In this document: in pieces, positions 36,804 to 49,427 of the stretch
How positions within the stretch are numbered: the stretch's first letter is position 1
Layout: the number at the start of each line of letters is the position of its first letter
Origin: Felis catus
Taxonomy: Eukaryota
NCBI RefSeq assembly: GCF_018350175.1
Contig: NC_058368.1
Coordinates: 32,552,001 to 32,616,000, forward strand
Direction: 5' to 3'
Length of the DNA stretch: 64,000 nt
Position numbers and translations under genes: made by a program
The notes under the pieces: generated by a model
Told to the model about the DNA's origin: nothing
Database searches by the model: none
The model's input: only the letters and a program-made list of their open reading frames with translations

Positions 36804-37593
36804 AGGTCAAACAAATTATAATAACCACTAACCTCAAACTTTCGCAAAGGAATTATTCCTTTAACTGATAGAACCAAAAGCATTTGCTCATGTAATATTT
36901 TGCCTTCTGTCTGTCAGTGCTAAAGTAAAAGACAAAAGAGTAGAATTCATGCAGTCACAAAGAAGTTAAGTAAACTTTCCAAGGTCTTATAGGTACTTGG
37001 TTAGGTGTCTTAGATAATCTATTTAAAAGCTTTTCATGTTCACATCAAATTGCCTTTCATGAATTTATTGGCTCAAAACTAGGTACCGAATGCATTAAAT
37101 AATATGTACCTCCATATAAATACAAATACAAAAAAGAAAAATAAAACACTTTTTTATTTGCATAATAAGGTTTCTAGTGAGTGTCATCTTCCTTTACACT
37201 CATTCTAATTCCTAGTCAAATTTTACTGATCTTCTAGTTGTCTTTAATTCCCATGGGTTATATATTATTCTATTTTATATCTTTTATATTTACTTTTCAG
37301 TGAATTCACATTATCCAATATGAAAGTTACATATTTTTGCTAAGCTTGTTAACTAAAGAGCCAGGTTTAGATAGAAGCTATTCTCTGGCATATTAGAAAT
37401 CTAATCAACTACTTGGTAATTGACTGATTGACCTAATTTGATTAAAAATGATTATTAAAAAATTAATAATCTTTATTTTTCCTATATTGGATTAGCTCTG
37501 CCAAAAATAATTGAGGGTTGCTGATTCTAGATAAGTGAAAAGTTATCACTTTTATTCATTCAGTCATAGTTATGACTTTGTTAAATTAACATT

Positions 37594-38109
37594 TGCTAAG
37601 TGGAGTACGGGGTACCAGTTGGTGAGCCTGTTTCAATAGAGACTAGAGAAACTGAAACAAAGAATGTTACTCACAGGTCCTGGAGGAAGTGCATGGCATG
37701 CCTTCAGTGGCCACGTAGGGAAGTCAAGACAGAGTAAAGAAAGAGAGGCAGGACATGTGACACATGATTTTATTAGGATTCATGAGGGGGAGTTTTGGAG
37801 TTCCTGCGCTGGGGCCAGATTGGTCAATTCAAACCACAAAAAGCAAGATTTTGGTAAGCTTCACACGGGTCTTATCTATGAGGCCCATAAGGCATCGAGG
37901 TGCTGGAAGGCAGGTGAGACTACTAATCACAAGGGGACATTGGGGAAGTCATGTTAGGAACTTACATTCTCTTGTGATTCTGTGGGCTGTTAATCAGGGA
38001 ATGTCATTGCATGAAAGGCTAGTGACGAAAGTCCCTGCAGGCCACTTGGCTGAACAAAATAGATGCCAAGGCAGCAATACCATGCAGTAAATTAGCTAAA
38101 TTTTTTACA
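37594..38109 (-). mobile_element. ERV LTR (probably ERV1 class)
   Basis: Minus strand starts TGTAAAAAATTTAGCTAATTTAC...ATTGCTGCCTTGGCATCTATTTTG; GC-richer ~515-bp block. Confidence 0.65.
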
Positions 38110-38147
38110 ATTATTTAGTAAATTAGCTAAATTTTTTACAATTATTT
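38086..38147. repeat. 31-bp tandem duplication spanning the LTR end
   Basis: agtaaattagctaaattttttacaattattt twice, exact. Confidence 0.95.
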
Positions 38148-39487
38148 AGACATCAGTGCCAATAAATATAAGCAGTGTACCTATTTATATGTAAAGTAAC
38201 CTGAGACATTTTGTATAAGTTTAAAACAAAAAAAACACAACTATTCTCTCTTCTTAAGGCACTTGCTACCTAGTTAAAAGTTATATCATACATGTGTAAA
38301 AATATAGTATTAGTGAGAAATACTGTTACAAAAAGTCATGTAGTTATTGGCCAACTGAGTACTTACATTTTTACTATGTTTTTTAACTACGATGAGCTCA
38401 CTAGTATTACAAAATACAATTTTGTAATAGAATAAAAATTTGTAGTATATTAAAATTTAAATACTATAAATTCAGCTTTATTGATATTTTTGTGATTTAC
38501 ATTTTAATAATTTCAGAGATTTGGACAAACTAAAGTGTGTGGTAGTATATGGCCAACTGCCAGCTATCAATATGTTTCTTGATAAATTGTATTGCACTGA
38601 AATGATCATACTCCAAATCCTGTTAACTAGGCTTTCAAGCATATCATAGTTATAATTCTTTAATGTAATTTAATTGTTTTACATCACAAATTCAAAGGAG
38701 TTTTACATATGTCTTAAGAAAAAAAATAGAATAGGTAGCATACTTTGGTCCCTAACATTTTTTTTGACAACACAGTAAAGATTGTATCCCTTTTTTCTCT
38801 TAACGCATAATTATGATGTCATATATTTGTAGTAAAATATATATTGCTTAGAGAAAGAGAGCTATTCTGTTGGGGGGAAGGCAGAATGGAAAGTTTTGTA
38901 CCACAGTTTCTATAATAGATCTTATAATTTTTCTTGATTACTCTAGACAGGGGTTATGAATTTATCAGTTTCATTACTATTTTATGAAGAAACATCAGTT
39001 ATCACTATTGATCTTCATATTATATGTTTGCTTTAATTTTTTTATTATTTTCTCTCCTGCTGTTTATTCTTTAGTTTCTTTTATTTTCTTCAGCATAAAA
39101 TCTTAAACTTCTTGACATATATGTGTATATCATTAATTTTCATCTCTCTTCTTTTCTAATAAGTTCATTCCAAGCTGTAATTTTCTATCTTAACACAGTC
39201 TACCTTGTATACCACTAGAAAAAATTATAAATATAGCATAAGGCTTAAAATATTTACCTTTCTCTAGAAAGAATTTACATGTGGCAGTAAACTAGGAATA
39301 TTAGTAGTCTTTACTTACCTTAATCCCATGTATGGGGTTGAGATCATTCAAGGTTGTACTTGAATAATGGACAAAGTATTTCTAGTTTTTTCTACCATTA
39401 GGGTATAGTGGCTTATGATCCCACTTTGACAGGCCTGAGATTCCAGCTCATGGCTCCATAGGGTATGGAAAGATTTGCTTAGTCTCT

Positions 39488-39708
39488 TTTTTTTTTTTAA
39501 TTAATTTTTTTTTTTTATTTAAGTGTAGTTGACACACAATGTTACATAGTTTCAGATGTACAAGATAAGTGATTCCACAGGTTTAGACATTATGCTATGC
39601 TCACCACAACCGTAGCCACTATCTATCACTCTACAACATTACTATAATATCATTGACTATATTCTTTATGCTGTGCCCTTTTATTCTTGTGACTTATTCC
39701 TTCCATAA
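39488..39708 (-). mobile_element. L1 3' end (L1_Carn/L1MA9-like), 5'-truncated
   Basis: Poly-T then aagtgtagttgacacacaatgttacatagtttcagatgtacaa... Confidence 0.85.
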
Positions 39709-41479
39709 TCTTGACTGACTCTTTAATTTTTAATAAGCAATCCTTTTAAGGAAAAATCACTCTCAAGTTCTGGAGACTTTACACGGGGTTTCCATTTTTA
39801 TTCTGAAGATTGACTCATAATTCTTTACCATGAGAATTCTGTGTCTTAACCTACTCTGTTACCATGAGAGGAATTCCCTTGTGTGTTATTTTAAAGGACT
39901 TTAACTGTAAATAAAAGAATGAGAGAAAAATAGATCTTCTATGTTTTATCTAACTTTCTTTGCAAATTCTAACATGCTTCCAGTTACATCTTGAAAAAAA
40001 AAAAGTGTGGTAAACTCCTTGCTGTAATGCTTTGCTATGACAGTTTTCAATGGCAATCTTTAAATCTGCTACTGATTATGTATTAGTTGCTGAATTTATT
40101 TACATGTATTCATTTAAAATATTTATTATAAAATGCTATCAAGGAAACATAACATTGCACTAGGCAAATTAAATTACTGAATTCATGTTAAATTTAAAAG
40201 ACAAAAATATTATGCAAGATTCATATTTAATTTGCAATGTATCTCTATTACAAGCACAATTTTTAAATTTACAAACTCAGTTCATGGTAATATGTTTTTG
40301 AAACTAAGTTGTTCAATAAATTACCTTATTTCACAAAGTCTGAGAAGAAATAAAGTTTCAATCTGTAGTATAATTCATTTATACAGGAACTTTCTTTGTG
40401 AAGAATTTTCAGCGTGCATGAATTTACCCTATGCCAAAAATTCCAAAATATTTTTGATATTCAATGTTTAAACAGAAAAAATTCTTCTTAATATATTTTT
40501 CTACTTGTTGCATTCTGATCACATGCAAGTAATTTGTTAAATTTATTTCCCTTACATAGTGCATTTGTTCATGAAGCCTTAACACATTGTCTGTGTTATT
40601 CACCACAAAGAATTTAGTTTCTCAGTCTAATCAAAAGTTGGAGGGTCCTAGGATACCTGCTTTATTATGTTGCTTTTTACATCTCATTAACTTCTTTTAA
40701 TTGACACTGGTACTCAATGTATACTTTTTGTGCTGCTGTTGCCAAGGAGCAAATTATTCTACCCCTCATGACTGCTCTGGCAGCTTCCCACAAAACACCC
40801 AGGCTAGTTTCTTGGTTTTTATTGATATTAATTTATTCTGAAATAGTCTTCATCTGTTGCACAAATGCTGCAGTTTTAATTAGAGAGTTGTTAAATCTCC
40901 ATACTTCAGATCTCCTATAATTTAGTATATCACCAGAGACATTGACACCAGGAAATTACCAAGCAAAGTTAGATTTTCAATAGCAGATGGTTACATTCTT
41001 CAACATATCTCATATTTTTTTAATATCCAGAAGTCAGTCTTCAATAAAACATAAAAAAATAAATCAGATTCTATATCTATTTTTCAATAGTTCATTTCTC
41101 AATTAGTATGAAATTGAATATAAAATTACTGACGCAAAACCTTATTCTGCACCTTGCTTTGTCTTTTGTTTCGTTTGAAACCTTTCAGTATATTGTGAAG
41201 ATCATTACAAAGTAGCATGTGAGGAGGTGTTTCCCCCATTTGGGGACAGGGAACTGCACAGTATTATGTCATTTAGATATGTTAGAGTTATTCAACCAGT
41301 TCCTATAAAAAGGCTTCAAGGTGGTTTTAATGCATCAGAGAATATATTGGAATGGGTTAGGAGGGGATCTCAAATGAATTTTTGAAATCGAGGATTTTTT
41401 TGGATCTTTGACATTATTACTTCATGTCTAGGCATTTATGCTCTCAATATCATATTTAGTTCATTAATTGATTTGATTT

Positions 41480-42718
41480 TATGTTTTTCTTACTTTTATT
41501 TTAAAAGAACAGTACACAAGATAATACCCAAGGAATATAGTAATCTGAAGAATGTGTGCAATTATATCTATTTTTTCAGATTGTGAAATATATCAACTAT
41601 GTAGAAACCTCAAAAGAGATGTAACAGACCAATGTATATGCTCTCTTTCTCAATTATATCTGAACAGTTATGGTCAGTTATGAACAGCCTACCAACCCCT
41701 CTTTCCCTTTTCTAATACAAGCAACTATTGTTCTGAAGGGCATGTTTCTCCTGATTAACATTTTTGTGCTCTTTTTATTTTGAAAATATCTGTCCATAGT
41801 ACATATGACTGTTACTGTGTTTTAAATTTATAAAATTTCTATCATACTCTATGGTGTTTCATAGCCTTTTTATAAATGTCAATCACTGTTCAATGCTATT
41901 ACTATGAAATGCAACTGATATTGACGTACATAAATATATTTCACTGATTCAAAAATAACAATTTTTTCCCATGCTTTTCTTTTACCAGTACAAACCTCAC
42001 TGTTATGAATATCTTATGTACATGTGAGAGAGTTTCTTCAGTGTGGATAATTAGAGGTAAAATTAATAGATGTTATAGGATGAGTATGGTCAACCTTCCA
42101 GATATTGCCAAATTGCTCCCTAATTACACATAACAGTTGACATTCTCAACAGTAGTCACCAACAATTAATGTCATAACTCATTGATTTTTGCCAGTCTCA
42201 ATGGCATAGAACTTAAAATTAATTTTAAAAAATTATTGAAGCATAGTTGACATATAATTTTACATTAGTTTCAGGTGTACAACAAAATTCATTTTTTAAA
42301 AATTTGCATTTCCCCAGTAATTGTGATTTTATGCTTGATTTCATATATACATTAGCAATTTGGAAGTCTACTTTTGTAAATTGCTTGTTCCAATTCAGTG
42401 TCCATATTTCAGTTTGAATGTGTGTGGTGTTCCTTGACTGGAACTGAAACTTTATAATCTGCACCATAATTGAATTTGAACTTTTACAAACATGTTGACT
42501 CAGTCTGAGATTTATCTTGACTTTGTTATAATATCGCTGTATAGAATGTATTCAGATGTGTATTTCGTTGAACTGTGTGATATTCATATGTAATTCAAGA
42601 ATTACTTATTTTGAATTAAAGAAGTATGTATTCTCTATCTCTATTAAAATTATTTTCTTTTTTTGTATTTACAGTTTAATAAATTCAGGATTTTTTATGC
42701 TTATCTGTCATATGGTCC

Positions 42719-42802
<84 letters not shown>

Positions 42803-43620
42803 TGTGTGTGTGATTTTGTGTGTGTGTGATTTTGTGTGTGTGTGTGTGTGTGTGTGATTTATAAATGCTGATAGATCGATCAAGCCCAATACTCAGGCCA
42901 AGTGTATATATTTTCATTAGGAAAACTATTTTTCCTGGAACCATTTATTAAAAAGTTAACCTTTCTCCACTGTTATATATCTTATATTCTTATATCAGGC
43001 TCATACAAGTTTATTTCCTGTCTCTGTGTTTTATTTCTTTGGTCTATTTTCTATTACTAGGCCCATAGAACACAACAAATTAGTGCATAATTATAATATC
43101 TGAATTACACATTTACTGCTTTTATTCTTCAAAAAAATATTGGATTCTTTGGTAAATCTACTCAGGTGGATTTGAAGAATAGCTTGTCAAGTAACCAATT
43201 GGGTTTATAAAGAATTGCATTGTTATTCTAAATAAATGTGAATGAAGCTGCCATCTTTAAAATGTTTCCTCTTAAAACTACAGAATAGTCTGTACTTGTT
43301 CATTCAGTGTGCATTGTTGCATGCTATTGTGAATAGGATCACATAAAATTTGATTATTTTTTATGTATAAAACTGATATGAAATTGTGTTCATTTATATA
43401 GTTTTTAGAAGCCCTACTAAAATCTCTTATAAATTCTGATTCTGAAATCTAGGTTGATTTTGATAGTCAATGTACATGATAATAAATTTGCAAGTAATAT
43501 CAATTTTCTTTACTCCATGTTACTCTGTTTAAAATTTTTACTTTTCCCTAAATATACTGCTATTTAAGAAATACAGTGCAATTGAAAGAGAGAATAATGA
43601 CAAATATTTTTGGGTTCTGT
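41480..43620 (-). mobile_element. Ancient L1ME-like fragment
   Basis: Antisense L1 3' end/ORF2 text (tgttatgaatatcttatgtacatgtgagagagtttc; ccatttattaaaaag; tagcttgtcaagt). Confidence 0.65.
42719..42856. repeat. Compound (GT)n(AT)n(GT)n microsatellite
   Basis: Direct reading. Confidence 0.95.
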
Positions 43621-43639
43621 TTTAAAAAGAAAATTTTCA

Positions 43640-44087
43640 GGGGCGCCTTGGTGGCTCAGTCAGTTGGGTGTCCGACTTTGGCTCAGGTCATGATCTCACG
43701 GTTTGTGAGTTCAAGCCCCGCGTCAGGCTCTGTGCTGACAGCTCAGAGCCTGGAGCCTGCTTTGGATTCTGTGTCTCTCTCTCTCTCTCTTCCCCTCCCC
43801 TGCTAAAGCTCTGTCTCTCTCCTTCTGTCAAAAATTAATAAACATTAGGGGCGCCTGGGTGGCGCAGTTGGTTAAGCATCCGACTTCAGCCAGGTCACGA
43901 TCTCGCGGTCCGTGAGTTCGAGCCCCGCGTCAGGCTCTGGGCTGATGGCTCAGAGCCTGGAGCCTGCTTGATTCTGTGTCTCCCTCTCTCTCTGCGCCTC
44001 CCCCATTCATGCTCTGTCTCTCTCTGTCCCAAAAATAAATAAACGTTGGAAAAAATTTTTTAAAAAATTAATAAACATTAAAAAAAC
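43640..44087 (+). mobile_element. Can-SINE hosting a second SINE in its tail
   Basis: Body 43640-43847, tail resumes at 44081; flanks aaaattttcag/aaaaatttcag. Confidence 0.95.
43848..44062 (+). mobile_element. Very young Can-SINE nested in a SINE tail
   Basis: 18-bp TSD aaaaattaataaacatta at 43830-43847 and 44063-44080. Confidence 0.97.
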
Positions 44088-44158
44088 AAAAATTTCAGAA
44101 CTTACCATTAATATTAGCACATTTTATAGGGTTTTTAGGAAATTCACTTAATATTCTT

Positions 44159-45161
44159 CTTTTTTTAATATAATTTATTGTCAAGTTGGCTAACATACAG
44201 TGTATACAATGTGCTCTTGGTTTTGGGGATAGATTCCCATGATTCACTGCTTACATACAACACCCAGTGCTCATTCTAACAAGTGCCCTCTTTTATGCCC
44301 ATCACCCATTTTCCCCTCTCTCTTGCCCCCTCAGTTCAACCCTCAGTTCTCAGTAGTTGAGAGTTTCTTACGATTCCCATGATTCACTGCTTACATACAA
44401 CACCCAGTGCTCATTCTAACAAGTGCCCTCTTTTATGCCCATCACCCATTTTCCCCTCTCTCTTGCCCCCTCAGTTCAACCCTCAGTTCTCAGTAGTTGA
44501 GAGTTTCTTACGATTTGCCTCCCTCCCTCTCTGTTTGCAATTAATTTTCCCCCTTCCCTTCCCTCATGGTCTTCTGTTATGTTTCTCAAGTTCCACATAT
44601 GAGTGAAAACATATGGTATCTGTCTTTCTCTGACTGACTTATTTCATTTAGCATAATACCCTCCATTTCCATTGACGTTGCTGCAAATGGCAGGATTTCC
44701 TTCTTTTCATTGCCAAGTAGTATTCCATTGTATATATAAACCACATCTTCTTTATCCATTCATCAGTTGATGGACATTTAGGCTCTTTCCATAATTTGGC
44801 TATTGTTGAAAGCACTGATATAAACATTGGGATACAGGTGCCCCTATGAATCAGAACTCCTGTATCCTTTGGATAAATTCCCAGTAGTGCTGTTGCTGAG
44901 TCATAGGCTAATTCTATTTTTAATTTTTTGAGGAACCTCCACACTGTTTTCCAAAGCAGCTTCACCAATTTGCATTCCCACCAAGTGCAAGAGGGTTCTC
45001 ATTTCTCCACATCCTAACCAGCATCTGTTGTTTCCTGAGTTGTTAATTTTAGCCACTCTGACTGGGTTGAGGTGGCATCTCAGTGTGGTTTTGATTTGTA
45101 TTTCCCTGATGATGAGTGATGTTGAGCACCTTTTTCATGTGTCTGTTGGCCATCTGGATGT
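44159..45161 (-). mobile_element. Felid/carnivore L1, 5'-truncated (ORF2 C-terminus + 3' UTR)
   Basis: 12-bp TSD cttaatattctt at 44147-44158 and 45162-45173; ORF 44648-44968 LWKTVWRFLKKLKIEL...CPSTDEWIKKMWFIYTMEYY is the L1 ORF2p C-terminus. Confidence 0.97.
44232..44511. repeat. Perfect 140-bp tandem duplication inside the L1 3' UTR
   Basis: 44232-44371 identical to 44372-44511; gatt microhomology at the junctions. Confidence 0.97.
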
Positions 45162-45179
45162 CTTAATATTCTTAATTGA

Positions 45180-45873
45180 ATGAAAAGTATAATGAATTGG
45201 TATAGAATATTATGAAATGCTTTTCATACATTGAAGTATTTCATGACCTCTCTTTTCTTAATCTATTACATTAATAATTATGTTAATAATTATTCTGGTT
45301 AATAATTTTTGCATTTCCTAAATAAGCCCAAATTGTTCATGTTGTTTTCTCACACTAAGAACCTTAATATTTTAATTTTTATTTGTTCTATGAATATTGT
45401 GTTATCAAAATGGGATTTTGAACATTTTTCTGATTTCTTAACATTTTTAAAAATATTATCAAAAATAAACTTGTTTTTTCTTGAACCAAGAGCATTTACC
45501 TCTTTAAAAATGTTTACTTAGATGTACACCTATGTTCATCAGCTGAGTTGCCCAGAACTGTTCTTATATTTCACTGCTTTTTTCCCCAGATTATATTATT
45601 TTTATTCCTGGAGGATATCCCATACTTACAGTAGTTCTTTCAGCAGCCATAGATTATTGGTTATTACATGTTTATGTTGGTTTTCTTAGTTTAGTGGTTA
45701 CACTCTCAGGGCAACTGGGTGGCTCAGTTGGTTGAGCATCTGACATCAGCTCAGGTTATGATCTCATGGTTGATGGGTTCGAGCCCACATTGGGCCTCTG
45801 CCGAAGGCTCAGAGCCTGAAGCCTGCTTCACATTCTGTGTTTCCCCCTCTCCCTGCCCCTCTCCTGCTCATGT

Positions 45874-45918
<45 letters not shown>

Positions 45919-46380
45919 AACAAATAAACATTTTCTGTGGAGAAGTCTGATATCAATTGCAGTTTAACACTTAAAGATACTCTGCCTTTTCACTGTGGTT
46001 ATTTTTGAGATCTTTTGACCTTCAGTGCAGATTCTTTACAGAATGTTGTTATTTTTATTTATTCCATCCTGAACTTGTTGAATTTTATTCATTTTAGCAA
46101 CATCTTCTGACATTTCTAGAGAGTTCTTGGCCAATTTCTGCTTAGTTGTAACATCTTTCTCGTTATCTCAAGACTTTATTCGTGACTTATTTTAGATGTG
46201 CAATCTATCTTCTCTTTCACATTTCATGTTTGTTTTCTTTTTCTGTATGGAATTCTGTGTACATTCTTTAGATCTTTCTTACAATATATGGGTGTCCTTT
46301 TAAGTATCTTATTCATCTACTCTACATTTTTATGTCTACAAGTTATATTTGAAATGCTTTTCTATAGTGATTTTGCCTTT
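45180..46380 (-). mobile_element. Ancient L1M fragments (continuation)
   Basis: T-rich antisense L1 text (gaatattatgaaatgctttt; ttctttcagca; gagaagtctgat). Confidence 0.5.
45709..45931 (+). mobile_element. Can-SINE
   Basis: Head, (CT)n linker, short tail. Confidence 0.93.
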
Positions 46381-49205
46381 TACTATGCATCCTGGGCCTG
46401 TGATTTAAAATGAAGTATATAGATTAATAGGGCTGCAAAACCTTATGATTTTGATTTCCTTATACATTCAATGTTCTTTAGTATTTCATTAGTATTTTTA
46501 CTTATTTTATAAGATTCAGTATGCATTGAAGACTACTCATTTTTTTATCCAGCAGTTCTAAGTAGGTTACTCATGAGAAAAATTTTTTCATATTTCCAGA
46601 ATCTTAACTGCTTATTGTCATTTATGTAATGTGACTAAATTGATTTAAATTTGAATCAATGGAAATTAAATATGTTCAACTTAAACCTGGAAATACAATC
46701 ATCTTTCAACATCTCAGTTAAATAGATACACGAGTAGATTTGAAACATGTACAGAAGCCTTATATATAAATAACTTAAAATGGATAATTTAAAAAATGAT
46801 CAGTGAGGTAAGAAGGGATTACACAATTGATTAAAGATAGACTCAACCTTGTAGCTATTGTTTATTAATTTCCAGTTTTGTCTTCTCTTCATATTTATAC
46901 TTAACACTATATCTGAAATTATATGTTTGTGTTTTCCTATCATAACAGATGATGTATTATTGATGTTATGAAATATATATAATCATTTAATGGAGTAAAA
47001 AATATGCTTCTGGGCTTCATTAGTACATTAGAAATGTTTTTTTTTATTTTAAGGGGATTAGTGCTTAGTAAAATGTTATTAATACAAAATGTTGTCTTCA
47101 GGAATGAAACCACTTTTCGGAGTAGAAGAACAGATTGGAAGCTATTGTGAACACCTAAGGTTAGTATACGGTAGCTAATAATAAATTTAAGAAAGTGGGT
47201 TTTAGATTTACTTTGAGAAAATTTAAAACAAAAGTATTCAGGAGAATATTAGAAAAGGTCAAATAATGAAATGGTAATTTGTGGATTATAGGAGAAGAAA
47301 ATAATGCAAATGAAATTTGAAAACCTCTAAATCAAACCTAATACTCAAGCCATTTACAATACATCATGGGACCCTATTACAGATAAAAGGAATAATTGAA
47401 TAGAGAAATGATTAATTTTTGTCTTGTAAATGTACTCTTGCTTTCCACAACTTGTATAGATGTAAGATTTAAACATTCTTACATACAAATAAGCTATAAG
47501 CTATCTTCCAACTGGTAGCATTTGAGCTTCCTTTGGGATTTCTCCCACATACTCATATAATCTTTAATGTGCAATATTCCTTTACCTTCATTGACTTATT
47601 CTTCTGTTCTTCCAAGGTATCTTTCTTAATTTTTGGCATATTTAAGGTAAACCTGGTATTATATACATTTGAAAATGGAGTTCCATAATACAGTTCTACT
47701 ACTTTTGTGAATGTATCTGTCATACCAATAATAGAATGCTTAAAATTGCATTATGAAATACAAAGTTTCATCTATATCAGTGAGCTTATTTTTCTTCTTT
47801 TAGTTCTATTTTTTACTAAGAAATAATGAATAATTTGTTTGATTTTATAGAAAAATACTCATTTTTTTGATTTCCTGTTTTTGTTGGCCAGAAATTGGAG
47901 TATTTACAAAATATCTTATTCCAATAAATATGTGAATATCATTTTCCTGGTTACTGGAAGAATTAGCACTAAAAATAGAATTTCTGGGAATAATGTCAAA
48001 ATTTTGATTAATCACTGTAAGCTGATACAATGATATCATTACTTAGAACATCACTCTTCCAAATAGGACAATTTTTAAAGATAATAAATTAGTAAAGGTT
48101 CAGCATGCATACATTTATTATATCTATCAAAATGTGATCAACAAAATGAGCAAGATTAAACATTGGTATTTCTTAAAAGATTCTAATTAGAAATATGTAG
48201 TTGGTATTTATTTCCCCCTATTTCTGATATTTTTTTATTTTTTAATCAAATACATGCACTATTAAGGTTCCCATTATATTTTTCTATGGATGGTCAATTC
48301 AGTATATGTCTGACATTTCACCACGTAAGTGTAACACCATATGTTCTCATTTAACATATTTTCCTAGATGTTTAACTGTGAACAATGAATGTTTTCTTCC
48401 AAAACTTGAAAAAGTAGTAAGTTTCAGTGACATCTCTTTCTGGAAATTATAGAAGAGGGCATTTTAAATTAAAAAAAATTAGAAGTAAATGTGAACATTG
48501 GGAATTAAGACGATATTTTTCATAAAATCATTTTATTACAGATATATGCTGAACAATTTACATAAAGAGCAAATGAATCATTATGTGTCATGTTTCTAAT
48601 GCTTTCCCTTTTCATGCATCTTATATACATAGGCTTGATGTACCTTTTAGTTTTTGTTTAATCACATCTCTGGTCTTCAATGAGAAGTCTGGATTCAACC
48701 TTAATCCAAAGAGTTTGTATTCCTGGGAGCTTTACATAGATTTTCTGTCAGGAGGAAGTGAACCACTGGCCACAGAAGGCAAGTCTAAATTAGTATGTAT
48801 CCTCAAGGCAAACCTCCTGTTCTCTGACTTGCCTGCAGCCAGTGTAATTCTAGTGTCTCACTTAGTAGAACAAAATAACTACATTTCATTTCCAGGTGTC
48901 TGAACCACTTCAGGAGGGAGATGACTTCCTTTAATGCTTACAACAGAGGGAAGTTCAGATCAAGATAACTATTTGTTTTAAAGCAAAAACAAACTAGTAA
49001 ACAAAATCAGCCTAATAATTTTGGCAAAGTAAATGATTTTTCTCATTCAGGAATCTTACAGGGCTGATTTTCAGAAAATCCTTAAAAAAAAAGAAGACTG
49101 ACCAATATATGTAATGAGAATTATCCAAAAATACTCATAATATAACCTAGCCAAAAATGAAAAAATTAAAACAGAGAGTGTAATTAAGGTCTTAGGGATT
49201 TGTTT

Positions 49206-49427
49206 GTTTTTTTTAATTTTTTTTAATGTTTATTTATTTTTGAGACAGAGAGAGACAGACCATGAATGGGGGACGGTCAGAGAGAGAGGGAGACACAGAA
49301 TCTGAAACAGGCTCCAGGCTCTGAGCTGTCATCACAGAGCCCGGCACGGGGCTCGAACTCACGGACCGTGAGATCATGACCTGAGCCAAAGTCGGCCACT
49401 TAACCGACTGAGCCACCCAGGCGCCCC
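49206..49427 (-). mobile_element. Young Can-SINE
   Basis: 14-bp TSD ttagggatttgttt at 49192-49205 and 49429-49442. Confidence 0.97.

Noticed and set aside
37562..37577. Palindrome agtcata-gt-tatgact
   Set aside because: 7-bp arms are expected by chance in 64 kb of AT-rich DNA.
42556..42944. Overlapping CV/YI/HT-repeat ORFs
   Set aside because: Dinucleotide microsatellite translations.
44648..44968. 106-aa ORF with clear protein homology
   Set aside because: C-terminal L1 ORF2p remnant in a 1-kb truncated copy, frameshifted at the end; not a host gene.
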